This document shows, piece after piece, positions 1 through 9,654 of a DNA stretch of 64,000 nt. Source of the stretch: Candidatus Aminicenantes bacterium (GTDB lineage: Bacteria; Acidobacteriota; Aminicenantia; Aminicenantales; JAFGBC01); the NCBI GenBank assembly GCA_963702005.1, contig OY969696.1, positions 1,888,001 to 1,952,000 on the forward strand. The letters are read 5' to 3'. The notes under the pieces are model-generated. The model did not search any database. It had not been told where the DNA came from and saw nothing but the letters and a program-made list of their open reading frames with translations. Made by a program: the position numbers and the translations under genes. Position 1 is the first letter of the stretch. Each line of letters starts with the position of its first letter.

Positions 1-10
1 ACAGAGCGTC

Positions 11-303
11 ATGGACGTTAAATTGAAATCCATCGGCATCGTCCATTTCAGGCGAAGCCGTTTCACGATTCTGAAACCCGAGGAGTTTTTTCTACGCGAA
101 GTCCCCACCGTCCCAATCATCTGGGCTTGACCGTGGTCGGAGTCCTTGAGCGGGACGGCCGTACCGTGAAGGTCCCGGGAATCGATATGCTTGACCGGAC
201 TCCCATTCTGGACATCAAGCCCTATGCCTCCAGAGACTTGAAATCGCCCATCCGGCTTGGCTGGCTGGAAAATAAGATGAATTTTTCATTAAGGCAGGCC
301 TAA
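11..303 (+). pseudogene. trmO: tRNA m6t6A37 methyltransferase TrmO (TsaA) remnant with internal deletion and frameshift
   Basis: ATG at 11 gives MDVKLKSIGIVH (TrmO-like start). A second frame from about 46 reads KPFHDSETRGVFSTRSPHRPNHLGLTVV...GIDMLDRTPILDIKPY to TAA 301-303. That frame has a stop at 19-21, so it does not continue from outside the window. The middle of the protein is missing. Confidence 0.8.
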
Positions 304-341
304 TAAAAATATCTTGGAAGCCAATCCGACAAGGAGGTAAC

Positions 342-626
342 ATGTTATCTCAACTGCCTCTTGACCTGGCGAAGGTCAGAAAAGAGGACCGGGACCGCGA
401 AATCCTGCGGGCGGGAATGATCGCCGAGCTGGATGCAATCAACTTCTATGAGCAGATGGCCGCCCTGACGGAGAAGGACGTTATCCGCAAGGTCCTCCTG
501 GATATCGCCAAAGAAGAAAAGACGCACATGGGCGAATTCCAGGCCCTTTTATTGTTGGAGGACGAGGAGCAAAAGGAAGAATTGAAAAAGGGCGAGGAAG
601 AGGTCGAGGAGTTCCTGAAGAAATAG
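342..626 (+). CDS. Ferritin-like/rubrerythrin family protein (Flp-type)
   Basis: RBS aaggagg; diiron-type motifs AELDAINFYEQ and EEKTH; 94 aa. Confidence 0.85.
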   Translation: MLSQLPLDLAKVRKEDRDREILRAGMIAELDAINFYEQMAALTEKDVIRKVLLDIAKEEKTHMGEFQALLLLEDEEQKEELKKGEEEVEEFLKK

Positions 627-656
627 AAGCCGGATCGCGGTTTCTGCCTGAGCTCC

Positions 657-730
657 AACGGCCGATTTCCCTCATAGTAGAGGGCGTAGCGGAGATTGAG
701 GTCGGCCTGACCGGAGTCGGCCTCAAGCTC
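657..730 (-). pseudogene. Isolated fragment of a DUF5916-type gene
   Basis: Minus strand reads ELEADSGQADLNLRYALYYEGNRP versus QVESDAGQVDFNQRYALYYEEKRP in the intact gene; the DNA also aligns without gaps to about 10982-11053. Confidence 0.7.
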
Positions 731-752
731 ATGAAGCGCCGGCTCGTCAAAT

Positions 753-811
753 AGGAATTCCAGGGACACGATACCAAATCCGGAGATTTGGTTCATGTCC
801 CTGGAATTCCT
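753..811. repeat. Long REP-like hairpin
   Basis: 16-bp perfect inverted repeat aggaattccagggaca (753-768) / tgtccctggaattcct (796-811) enclosing an inner stem accaaatc-cgga-gatttggt. Confidence 0.8.
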
Positions 812-908
812 TGGCAAACGGACGTCCGCGGCATATAATTCCAACCGTCATGCGCCGAGACGTCGAGCGCGCGCTTCATGTTATCCGAACCCATCGAAAG
901 GAATCCTC

Positions 909-3900
909 ATGTCCAAGGCCATCCGTTTATTTGTTCTGATCGCGGGAATCGGACTTACCGCCGCGGCCGTGCTGGCCCAAGCCGACGGCCCCGTCGAATT
1001 CGGACGGCGGGCGGTCCATGAGGCTCTGGCCGCGCGAGGACTGAAGGCGGCCGTTACGATCAAGGTCGCCGGGAGCGGAGAGCCCGAAAGCTACGCAATC
1101 ACTTTTAAAGGCAGGTCGGCCGAGATTCTGGCCCCTGACGCCAACGGAGCCCTTTACGGCGCTCTCGAACTCGCCGAGCGGATCAGCCGCCGCGGCGCCG
1201 AAGCCCTTCGCGGCGCGCCCCTAACCGGACGCCCTTTTCTCCGCGACAGGGGCTGGAACCTCTTCCTGACGCTCCCCTGGAATTACGCCGCCAACGACAC
1301 GGACTACGACCCTCAAGCCCTCGTCGATCCCGCCCGCTGGTGGTTCGCCAACGACGGCTACTGGCGGAGCCTGTTCGACCAGATGGCCCGGGCCCGGCTG
1401 AACTGGCTCGACATTCACGGCGCTTGGGACATCAGCGTCACGGACGCGCCCAACCTCTATGCCTACTTTATCCAGAGCGAGCGCTTCCCGAAGGTCGGTG
1501 TCTCTCCCGAAATCAAAGCCGCCAACCTCCGTCAGCTCAACAAGGTCATCGCCATGGCTCACGACCGGGGCGTCCGGGTGAGCCTCATGGCCTATGAAGT
1601 GCGCTTCCACACCCCCCACGCTCCGAGCCCCTACCCGGAGAACGAAAAGGACCTCTACGATTACACCCGCGAAATGGTCGAGAAGATGATCCGCCAAGCG
1701 CCCGGCCTCGACGCCATCGGCTTCCGGATCGGAGAGAGCGGGCACGGCGAGGCTTTCTTCAATTCCTATATCGAGGCGGTCAAGGCGTCGGGCCGCGACA
1801 TCCCGCTCGTCACCCGGAGCTGGCTCGCCCGCAAGTCGCGCGTCGTGCCGCTGGCCAAGGCGGCCAAGGATTTCACGGTCGAGATCAAGTACAACGGCGA
1901 GCAGTGGGGCTCTCCCTATATGCTGATGGGCGGCCGGATGGCCGGCTGGTACAGCTACTCGTTCGAGGATTATCTGAGCGACTCTTCGACGCCCGACGCG
2001 GCCCGCCTCTGGCCCGGAAACCCGGCTCCCGGCGGCGGGACCTGGCCGGCCGAGCCCTACAAGGTCGTCTGGCAGGTGCGGGCCAACGGGACGCACCGCG
2101 TCTTCTCCATCTATAATCCGGACGGCGTGCGCCGCGCCGTGAAATCCATGCCGCTGGGCACGGCCAGCGGGTTCGTCGTCGAGGGCCTCGACGCCTATTA
2201 CCCGAAGTCTCCGCAATACTATCTGGCCGATCCCGGCGACGCATGCTGCAAGTGGCTCCACGACCGGGATTGGATGTTCTTGAACGCTTGGGGCCGGCTG
2301 GGCTATGACCCGGACACGCCCAATGAAACATTCGAGGCCATGGTCGCCGACAAGCTCGGCGCGGCGGCCGCGGCGCCGCTCGTCGCGGCCTGGAGCGCGG
2401 CGAGCCGGATCATCCATGCGGCTTTCTCCGCGTTCTCCCTCGGCCCCGACCATCGTAACCACGCCATTGAGCTCGAGTGGGGAGGCGATACGGCCGGCTA
2501 CATCCTCGGCGAACCCTTCGACTCGCACGTCTTCAAATCGGTTCGCGAGGCCCTGGCCGATGCCGCGACGGGAGGGCTGGACGGCCGGATCGCGCCCCCC
2601 GAAGCCGCCGCCCGCCTCATCGCAGACGCCGACGCCGCGGCCAAGGCGGCCGAGATTCCCCTTTCATCCGCTCCTCCGGGCGAACAAAAACGGCTCAAGG
2701 AGCTCATCACGGTTTGCGGGCAGGTCTCGCACCTTGGCCGCTATTACGCCGAACGTTTCATGTCGGCTTACCGATCGGCTCAGGCCGAAGCCGGGACCCT
2801 GGGCGCGGCCGGCCAAGCGACCGCCCATATGCAGGAGGCGGCGAAAGAATGGGGCTTGCTCGCGGCTAGCCCTTTTTATAAGCCTTTCACCGAGCGGCTC
2901 CGGATGCATACCAACGCTTTCCATTGGTCCCAGGAGCTTACCAAGATTCAGGTCGAAGCCGATCGGTTGGCCAAGCTTGCTTCCCCCGCCGCCGATCCCA
3001 TCGCGCCGTTCCCCATCCCTCCAGCTCTCCCGAAGCTTTCGCTCGAGATCGAGGCCGATGCGGTCAACGTCGTCCTTCCCGCGGCCGGCGTCTCGCGCGC
3101 CTGGGCCCTGGTCAAGCCCCTCCCCAGCAGCGCCTTCTTCCATAAGGTTCCCATGACGCTGGAGGGCGACCGCTTCGTATACGGCTTCCCGCGCGAAGCC
3201 TGGGGCCACGCCGTGGCGGCCGAGGTCGAGCGCGACGGCCGCGTTTTGAGGATCCCCGGCTGGGACGCGGACGCGCACGCGGACGCGCCCTATCTCATCG
3301 TCCCTTCGAAGCCGGGTCCGACGCCGCTCATCTATTCGAGCGAGGAGGCGTTGAATTATCTCGATCCCGCCGTCCTGACGCCCTCCGAACACGGCCTGCT
3401 CCTCATTTCGTCAAGGGCTTCAAACTTCCATCGCTACTTCAACATCCCGGCCATGCGCAAGATTCTTGACCCGGTCCGAAGAGGCATGACGCTCGTCGTC
3501 CTCGCCCAGGATTATGTGTCGGGCCGCTATTCCCTCGATTGGCTGCCCAAGCCGCTCCGCGTCGAGGCCAATCGGCTTGACGCCTTGGATCAAGCCGGGG
3601 CGCTGGGAATGGCCATGGTCCAAAACGCAGACGTTCTTCGCCAGATTTTTTTGCCCAGCCCCGGCTGGGAGGTGATGAACGGCGGCGGCGTGGCCGTCCT
3701 TTCCTGGGGAAAGGGACGGATCGTCATGCACAATTCGCGGCTTCTCGAGCTCCTGCACATGCCTTCTTGCGCGATATTTTTGGCCCAAATCCTCGCCTCC
3801 GGGGATAAAGGCAAGCCAGTGATCGTCGTCGATGCCGGAACCGAGGGCGGCCTGTACACATCCTCGGCTGTGGTCGATTTCATGAATGCCCGTGACATTC

Positions 3901-5921
3901 CGTTTCTGACACTGGGCGAGGTCATCGCACGGACTCAGGGCATGAAGGCAACGCGGTCCATCGCGGGAACACTCGATGACGATGACCTCCTGTCTTCGCT
4001 CAACATCCGCGGCGCTCAGATGGCGAACGACTTCCTGGAGCGGAAGGTCAAGGCGGCGGCCGCCCTGCCAATCCCGGCCGCGCGCCAAGCGTTCGAGAGT
4101 CGCCGCGAGTCCCAACGCCGGGAACTCTCCCGCTGCCTGGGCCTCGATCCGCTGCCTCCCCGAACGCCGCTCAACGCCCGCACGACCGGAGTCATCAAGC
4201 GCACGGGCTACAGGATCGAAAAAATCGTCTTCGAAAGCCGTCCGAATTTTCCCGTGACCGCCCATCTTTATGTCCCGGACGGGCCGGCGGGCAGCAGGTG
4301 GCCCGTCATCGTCAACCCGCATGGCCATTGGGAATGGAAAAAACAGGAGCCGACCGTCCAGGCGCGCCTGATCGGCCAGGTCCTCCACGGCTATCTCGCC
4401 CTGGTCGTCGATTCCCCCGGGTTCAGCTTCGAGGGCGACAACCGGGTCGAGCGGCGTTGGGCCGGGACGCACGACGATCTGCGCCTTATCCTCGGCTCGC
4501 AGAACGCGACGAGCGTCTATGTCTGGGACCTCATGAGGGCGATGGATTACCTGGCGACGCGGCCCGAAGCCGACATGGCCCGGGTCGGGCTGACCGGCGC
4601 GTCGGGAGGCGGGCTGGCCACGATGTGGGCTTTCGCCGCCGATGCTCGCTTCACATGCGCCGCCTCCGTCGTTTATGCCAGCAGCTATGAAATCAACCCC
4701 CGGAACGGCTGTCTCTGCAACCACGTCCCCGGCTCGCTCCGGATCGGAGACCGGGCCGATGTCCTCGCCATACGGGCGCCCGCCCCGGTCCTGATCATCG
4801 GGGCGGAGGAGGACGGCGAGTTTCCGGCCGCGGGCATGCGATTGTCCGGCGACAAGCTCCGCGGTCTCTGGGGGCTTTTCGGAAAACAGGAGGATGCCTG
4901 GCTGCGGATGTTCCCGGGCGGCCACGACTACAGCCGGCCGATGCGCGAGACCGCGCTCGGATTCTTCGACAAGTACCTGAAAGGCGCTGGCGACGGATCG
5001 CCCGTCCCCGAGCCCGCTTTCGAGACCGAGCCGCCCTATGCCGAAGAGCTCTATGTCCTGCCCGATCCGCCCCGGCAGACGCTGACCCGTTCGCCGACGT
5101 CAAGCCCCGCCTCTAAAGGCGGGGATGAGAAGCGAGGCTCAGGGTTAATCATGAACAAGCCCCGGTCTTCAGACCGGGGAGTCGATGATTTGACCATGCG
5201 CGATATCGCCAAGGCCATGTTCGATAAGAAGGGGAAAGGTCCCGCGGGCGCGGTCGAGGCGTTTATCGAGCTCAACGGCGGACTCCCCGCTGCCGTCCCG
5301 GCCGAAGTCCGGGAGCTGGGCGAATTCGAGGGGAGGCGTCGGGTGACCTTCGTTTCCGAGCCCGGATTGACGCTGCCCGCGGTCGTTTGGCCGGCGAAGG
5401 GGGAGGCCAAGGCCGTCGCCGTCCTCGTTTCCGAGAGGGGAAAGGCAACAGCGGCTGAAGATTTCGACGTTCCGCGGCTCCAGGAGGCGCGGATCACGTG
5501 CATCGCCCTCGATCCGCGCGGAATCGGCGAGACCAGGGGACTCGAGTTGCGCTACACGACCTACCTCGGCCAGGCTCCCGCCTTCGGCATGGGCTGGGAT
5601 ATCGCGCGAGCGGTCGCCGCGCTCGTGCCGGCCGGCCTTAGGGTGGCGGTTGTCGGCCGAGGTCCGGCCGCCGGGCAGGCCGCGCTCGCAGCCGCCCTGA
5701 TCGAGCCGCGGGTAGGGTTCGTCGCCGGTCTGACGACTCTCAAGGAATTTGCGGACGCCTTCCGCGACGATGTCTCGCTCCTCACGATTCAGCCTAGAGC
5801 GAACTACGCGCCTTCCTTGTCGCGTCTCCGCTCTTGTGCCCAAGCTAAGGCGGTGTGGAGCTTCCTCGACGAACCCGAGCCCAAATGGGCCGACGCCCTC
5901 GTCCGCTGGGCGGGACGATGA
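909..5921 (+). CDS. Large secreted multidomain protein: GH20/GH67-like N-domain + putative glycoside hydrolase barrel + acetylxylan-esterase-like alpha/beta hydrolase
   Basis: Signal peptide MSKAIRLFVL...VLA-Q; PESYAI...DANGALYG N-domain; PFLRDRG; esterase motifs YRIEKIVFESRP, PHGH, GASGGG, CLCNHVPG, GGHDY; degenerate second hydrolase domain at the C-terminus. Confidence 0.7.
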   Translation: MSKAIRLFVLIAGIGLTAAAVLAQADGPVEFGRRAVHEALAARGLKAAVTIKVAGSGEPESYAITFKGRSAEILAPDANGALYGALELAERISRRGAEALRGAPLTGRPFLRDRGWNLFLTLPWNYAANDTDYDPQALVDPARWWFANDGYWRSLFDQMARARLNWLDIHGAWDISVTDAPNLYAYFIQSERFPKVGVSPEIKAANLRQLNKVIAMAHDRGVRVSLMAYEVRFHTPHAPSPYPENEKDLYDYTREMVEKMIRQAPGLDAIGFRIGESGHGEAFFNSYIEAVKASGRDIPLVTRSWLARKSRVVPLAKAAKDFTVEIKYNGEQWGSPYMLMGGRMAGWYSYSFEDYLSDSSTPDAARLWPGNPAPGGGTWPAEPYKVVWQVRANGTHRVFSIYNPDGVRRAVKSMPLGTASGFVVEGLDAYYPKSPQYYLADPGDACCKWLHDRDWMFLNAWGRLGYDPDTPNETFEAMVADKLGAAAAAPLVAAWSAASRIIHAAFSAFSLGPDHRNHAIELEWGGDTAGYILGEPFDSHVFKSVREALADAATGGLDGRIAPPEAAARLIADADAAAKAAEIPLSSAPPGEQKRLKELITVCGQVSHLGRYYAERFMSAYRSAQAEAGTLGAAGQATAHMQEAAKEWGLLAASPFYKPFTERLRMHTNAFHWSQELTKIQVEADRLAKLASPAADPIAPFPIPPALPKLSLEIEADAVNVVLPAAGVSRAWALVKPLPSSAFFHKVPMTLEGDRFVYGFPREAWGHAVAAEVERDGRVLRIPGWDADAHADAPYLIVPSKPGPTPLIYSSEEALNYLDPAVLTPSEHGLLLISSRASNFHRYFNIPAMRKILDPVRRGMTLVVLAQDYVSGRYSLDWLPKPLRVEANRLDALDQAGALGMAMVQNADVLRQIFLPSPGWEVMNGGGVAVLSWGKGRIVMHNSRLLELLHMPSCAIFLAQILASGDKGKPVIVVDAGTEGGLYTSSAVVDFMNARDIPFLTLGEVIARTQGMKATRSIAGTLDDDDLLSSLNIRGAQMANDFLERKVKAAAALPIPAARQAFESRRESQRRELSRCLGLDPLPPRTPLNARTTGVIKRTGYRIEKIVFESRPNFPVTAHLYVPDGPAGSRWPVIVNPHGHWEWKKQEPTVQARLIGQVLHGYLALVVDSPGFSFEGDNRVERRWAGTHDDLRLILGSQNATSVYVWDLMRAMDYLATRPEADMARVGLTGASGGGLATMWAFAADARFTCAASVVYASSYEINPRNGCLCNHVPGSLRIGDRADVLAIRAPAPVLIIGAEEDGEFPAAGMRLSGDKLRGLWGLFGKQEDAWLRMFPGGHDYSRPMRETALGFFDKYLKGAGDGSPVPEPAFETEPPYAEELYVLPDPPRQTLTRSPTSSPASKGGDEKRGSGLIMNKPRSSDRGVDDLTMRDIAKAMFDKKGKGPAGAVEAFIELNGGLPAAVPAEVRELGEFEGRRRVTFVSEPGLTLPAVVWPAKGEAKAVAVLVSERGKATAAEDFDVPRLQEARITCIALDPRGIGETRGLELRYTTYLGQAPAFGMGWDIARAVAALVPAGLRVAVVGRGPAAGQAALAAALIEPRVGFVAGLTTLKEFADAFRDDVSLLTIQPRANYAPSLSRLRSCAQAKAVWSFLDEPEPKWADALVRWAGR
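5088..5195 (+). mobile_element. Palindromic MITE/REP-like element inserted in frame in the CDS
   Basis: 108 nt bounded by direct repeats tgacc (5083-5087, 5191-5195); two hairpins ccccgcctctaaaggcgggg and ccccggtcttcagaccgggg; shares gacccgttcgccg and ggctcagggttaa with the intergenic element at 9655. Confidence 0.8.
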
Positions 5922-5970
5922 GCCGGAGGTCGCGGCCGGGCCCAAGCCGGCCAAACGTCCTTAAAGTGAC

Positions 5971-7056
5971 ATGATGCGGAATCCCGTCCTTCAGAACGAA
6001 CTGTTGCCCGTCGAGGTCGTCTTCCATCCGTCATGGTGGCACAAACAGGCGGGTATGGTCTTCGACGAGGATTTTTTCTACCATCCCGCCCGGCGCGTCG
6101 AGGCCGAGCGGACTATGGAGCGCGTCCTCCACGAGCGATTCGGCGACCTGGGCTTGGGGACGGACCATGATCGCGACCTCCCGGCCGTCGGCCCCGTCCA
6201 CAACGCCGCCGGATATCTCCTCTCGGAGATGATGGGCTGCCGGGTCAAATATCGCGAGGACGCGCCGCCCCAGGTCGTTCCCGCCCGGCGGACGGACTTG
6301 TCGCTCGACGTCGAGGCCGCTTTTGCCGGCCGCGCCTTCCGACGATTCCAGAGTCTTGTAGAGGCTCTTAAGCGGACTTGCGGTTATGTAACTGGAGACG
6401 TCAACTGGGGCGGGATTCTTAACTTTGCTCTGGACCTGCGCGGCCAGGACATTTTTCTCGATATGGCCGACCGGCCAGACGAAGTCCGCGCCTTCTTCGG
6501 CCGAATCGCCGCCGTCATCGAGCGGTTCACGGCGTATGTCCAGGGCGAGACGGGCACGACCTCGGTTTCGGTCAACCGGACGGTCCGGCATCTGAAGGGA
6601 CCGGTTTTCCTCCATTCCGAATGCGCCCTGACTATGATCTCGACCGAACACTACGAATCTTTCATCGGACCCTTCGATAACGACTGGAGCGTTCGGCATC
6701 GGCCTTTCGGCGTCCATTATTGCGGCGAGGATCCTCATCGCTATGCGGACGCCTTCGCCAAGATTCCCCATCTTGATTTCTTCGACGTTGGTTGGGGCGG
6801 CGACATGCGCCTTTTGCGGGAACGGCTCCCCGCGACGTTCCTCAACGTCCGCCTGAGCCCGGTCCTGATCGTCGATCAGAGCTCCGACGACATCCGCGGG
6901 GCGATAAGGAGCCGGGTCGCCGACTCGGGAAATCCCTATCTGACGGGAGTTTGCTGCATCAACATGGACGACCGGGTGAGCGACGACAGAGTCCGCGCCC
7001 TTTTCGATACGGTCTTCGAGCTTCGGCGCGAATACTCCGGCGGGCCGGCCCGTTGA
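5971..7056 (+). CDS. Uroporphyrinogen decarboxylase/MtaA-CmuA-like TIM-barrel protein
   Basis: GILNFALDLRGQDIFLDMADRPD, HSECALTMIS, GVHYCG and C-terminal CCINMD match the URO-D/MetE-like fold. Confidence 0.65.
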   Translation: MMRNPVLQNELLPVEVVFHPSWWHKQAGMVFDEDFFYHPARRVEAERTMERVLHERFGDLGLGTDHDRDLPAVGPVHNAAGYLLSEMMGCRVKYREDAPPQVVPARRTDLSLDVEAAFAGRAFRRFQSLVEALKRTCGYVTGDVNWGGILNFALDLRGQDIFLDMADRPDEVRAFFGRIAAVIERFTAYVQGETGTTSVSVNRTVRHLKGPVFLHSECALTMISTEHYESFIGPFDNDWSVRHRPFGVHYCGEDPHRYADAFAKIPHLDFFDVGWGGDMRLLRERLPATFLNVRLSPVLIVDQSSDDIRGAIRSRVADSGNPYLTGVCCINMDDRVSDDRVRALFDTVFELRREYSGGPAR

Positions 7057-7068
7057 CCGCGGCTATTA

Positions 7069-8265
7069 TCATTTACTAAAATGGCCGTTTTTAAAAAACA
7101 ATTCTCCGTCTACGAATATCTCTCCCTGAGACATGTCGCATAGCATATCCCAGTGGATGGCGGATTTATTGACTCCGCCGCATTCGGGGAAGCCTTGTCC
7201 GAGAGCCAGATGGATGGTGCCGCCCATTTTTTCATCAAAGAGCATATTTTTGCTGAAACGTTGTATTCCGTAATTCGTGCCGATGCCCAGTTCTCCGAGC
7301 CTGCGCGCCCCTTCATCCGTGTTCAACATCTCCGTTAAAAACTCCTGGCCTGGGGCGGCTTTCTCTTTGAAAACCCTTCCGTCTTTAAACCACAATTCTA
7401 CATTGTCCACCTGGCGTCCGTTGTAAATAGCCGGATAGTTGAATCGAATCCAGCCGTTTGCGGAATTTTCCACGGGCGATGAGAATATTTCTCCATCGGG
7501 GAAGTTGACTTTGCCATCTGCGACGGCGAAAATTCGTCCTCTGATCGAAAGGGTTAAATCAACGTTCGGTCCCTTGAGAACGACTTTGTCCTTCCCCTGA
7601 AGTCGTCGTGCGATTTCCCGTTGTTGAAGGGATTCGTTTTTCCAGACGGATGCGGGGTCGGATTCATGCAATTTGCAGGCATGAAAGACAAAATCCCTGT
7701 ATTCCAACAAGCCCATTTCGGCCTCCTGGGCAAGGGCATTTGTCGGATAATCCGTGATACATCGCTTCAATTTGTTTTGTTCGACTCGCTTGAATGCAAT
7801 TTCGCGAAGCTTTCCGTTGGATTTATTGAATATCTGGTACCGTTTGGGATCCACCCCCGTCAATTCTTTTGTGTTGGCCGGCGCCCGAATCAGGAGGGCG
7901 GCGTCCACATATCCGATTTCGTAACTCTCCAGCGCATTCAGGCTTGCCAATTGATCATCGTTTGCGTATCGGAAAAAAATTTCCATCCTTTCGGGCAAAT
8001 CGCAGCGGAGATAAGGGTATGCTCCGGCCAGCAAGGCCTCTCTGTATACGGCAAGAATGAGTTCTTTGGCTTCCGAATCGGATCGTATTAAAAGCGTCTC
8101 GCCCGGTTGAAGGTCGAGCGAATAACGAACCAGGAGCCGGGCCCATTTGTCTATGGGTGTTTGGGCCGGGGCCTCCTTGGCGACCTGAGCGAACGCCATA
8201 TGAGCGGAGAACAATCCGATCAACAGGAAGGCCTTAGTGATTTTCATTATGAAGGCTTTGCTCAT
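7069..8265 (-). CDS. Aminopeptidase, M29 (AmpS/AmpT) family
   Basis: NFPDGEIF, LGELGIG, LFDEKMGGTIHLALG, NKSAIHWD; RBS aaggagg before 8265. Confidence 0.9.
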   Translation of the reverse strand: MSKAFIMKITKAFLLIGLFSAHMAFAQVAKEAPAQTPIDKWARLLVRYSLDLQPGETLLIRSDSEAKELILAVYREALLAGAYPYLRCDLPERMEIFFRYANDDQLASLNALESYEIGYVDAALLIRAPANTKELTGVDPKRYQIFNKSNGKLREIAFKRVEQNKLKRCITDYPTNALAQEAEMGLLEYRDFVFHACKLHESDPASVWKNESLQQREIARRLQGKDKVVLKGPNVDLTLSIRGRIFAVADGKVNFPDGEIFSSPVENSANGWIRFNYPAIYNGRQVDNVELWFKDGRVFKEKAAPGQEFLTEMLNTDEGARRLGELGIGTNYGIQRFSKNMLFDEKMGGTIHLALGQGFPECGGVNKSAIHWDMLCDMSQGEIFVDGELFFKNGHFSK

Positions 8266-8498
8266 GGAACCCTCCTTTTCCATCATTCTTTTAGTTTTTG
8301 AATATTTACTTTAAAACATCCTCAATTAGAAAAGCAAGGACGACCGGCCGGGCCGAAACAGACGAGCCCGTTGCTTATGGCAAATAGGCAAACCCGCCGG
8401 GAAAGCCTCGCAGCCGTGTTGACAGATCGGCGAGGCCGTTTTAGACTGATAGCGCATTCCTTCCAGGGAACGAGCATGTCCGGCAAGAGGAGAAAGTC

Positions 8499-9632
8499 AT
8501 GAATGGCTTGAAACTGTGCCTTGTCGTATGTGCGATCATCATCGCGTCGATAGCCGCCCTTTCCGTCGAGCAAAAACCCTATCCCGCGGTCAGCGAAGTC
8601 AAGGACGGCGTCAAAACCGTCACCAATCCCGACTTCCCCCGAGACGGCCGCTTCACCGCCAAGCTCACCGAGGAGAGGTCCTGCGGCGAAGAGGGCGGTC
8701 CGGAGGCGGGCCTTCTGAATCGGCCGCTGGAGCTGGATGTTGACGCCCAGGGCAACGTCTATGCCATGGATATGGGCGACGTCAATATCAAGGTTTACGA
8801 CAGCCAAGGCCGCTTCCTCAGAACGATCGGCCGGCAGGGCCAGGGGCCCGGAGAGTTCGGAGGGCTGGCGTTTTTTAGGCTGTTATCCGACGGAAGGCTT
8901 TGCGCCCTCGACACAATGCAGCACCGGATCATCATCTTTGCGGCCGACGGACGCTACTTATCCGGGTTTAGCCTCGAAGGCTATTTCAGGGCCATGAGCG
9001 TTGATGGTCAGGACAAGCTCTATTTGGCCAAATGGGGCGCCGTTAAAGCGCCCGACCAACTCTCGACCGAATTCCAGGAGGTTCCCTACGTCACGAGTAT
9101 CTTCCGGACCGATATCGCGGGGAAAGACCTCGTCCATCTCGCGGATTTTCTCGGAGAATCCATGGTCATGAAAGGGATGGGCGGAGGCGGCGTTATGAGC
9201 ATGGGAGGGCTCTTTACGATCGTCTGGGCCGTTAGCAGCGCGGGAAAACTTTACGGGGGCTACAACGGGGATTACAGCCTGGGCGCCTTCGGGCCGGATG
9301 GAAAAAGGGAACTCGCGTTCGGCCGAGCCTATACGCCGGTCAAGAATAAACGCTACAGGGGCATGGTCGGCCAGAAGAAAACGATGCCTCCCCTCAGCGC
9401 CATCGTCATGGACGAAGATGGAGGCCTGTGGATCGAGCTGACGCAGGGCGACGGAGCCAAGGGCTTCCTGTACGACGTCTTTTCCGGGGACGGGATCTAC
9501 GGCAAACAAGTCGCGATCGAGCAGAGGATCGACCGGTTCAAGAACGGGAAAATCTACAGCATCCTCCGGCCGGAGGAGGGATATCCCTCGATCAAGCGGT
9601 ACAAGCTGGAGCTGGCGCCGATCGGCCGCTAG
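8499..9632 (+). CDS. Secreted 6-bladed beta-propeller (NHL-like) protein
   Basis: Signal peptide; VDAQGNVYAMD...IKVYDSQGRFLRTIGRQGQGPGEF. Confidence 0.8.
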   Translation: MNGLKLCLVVCAIIIASIAALSVEQKPYPAVSEVKDGVKTVTNPDFPRDGRFTAKLTEERSCGEEGGPEAGLLNRPLELDVDAQGNVYAMDMGDVNIKVYDSQGRFLRTIGRQGQGPGEFGGLAFFRLLSDGRLCALDTMQHRIIIFAADGRYLSGFSLEGYFRAMSVDGQDKLYLAKWGAVKAPDQLSTEFQEVPYVTSIFRTDIAGKDLVHLADFLGESMVMKGMGGGGVMSMGGLFTIVWAVSSAGKLYGGYNGDYSLGAFGPDGKRELAFGRAYTPVKNKRYRGMVGQKKTMPPLSAIVMDEDGGLWIELTQGDGAKGFLYDVFSGDGIYGKQVAIEQRIDRFKNGKIYSILRPEEGYPSIKRYKLELAPIGR

Positions 9633-9654
9633 CCGCCCGGCGAGCCTATCCGCC

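Noticed and set aside
342-626. Encapsulin nanocompartment system
   Set aside because: The protein resembles Flp cargo, but there is no encapsulin shell gene nearby and no evident C-terminal targeting peptide.
5099-5124. IS200/IS605 or IscB/TnpB element end (gtcaagccccgcc...ggcgggg)
   Set aside because: No transposase or nuclease ORF is adjacent; treated as a non-autonomous palindromic repeat only.
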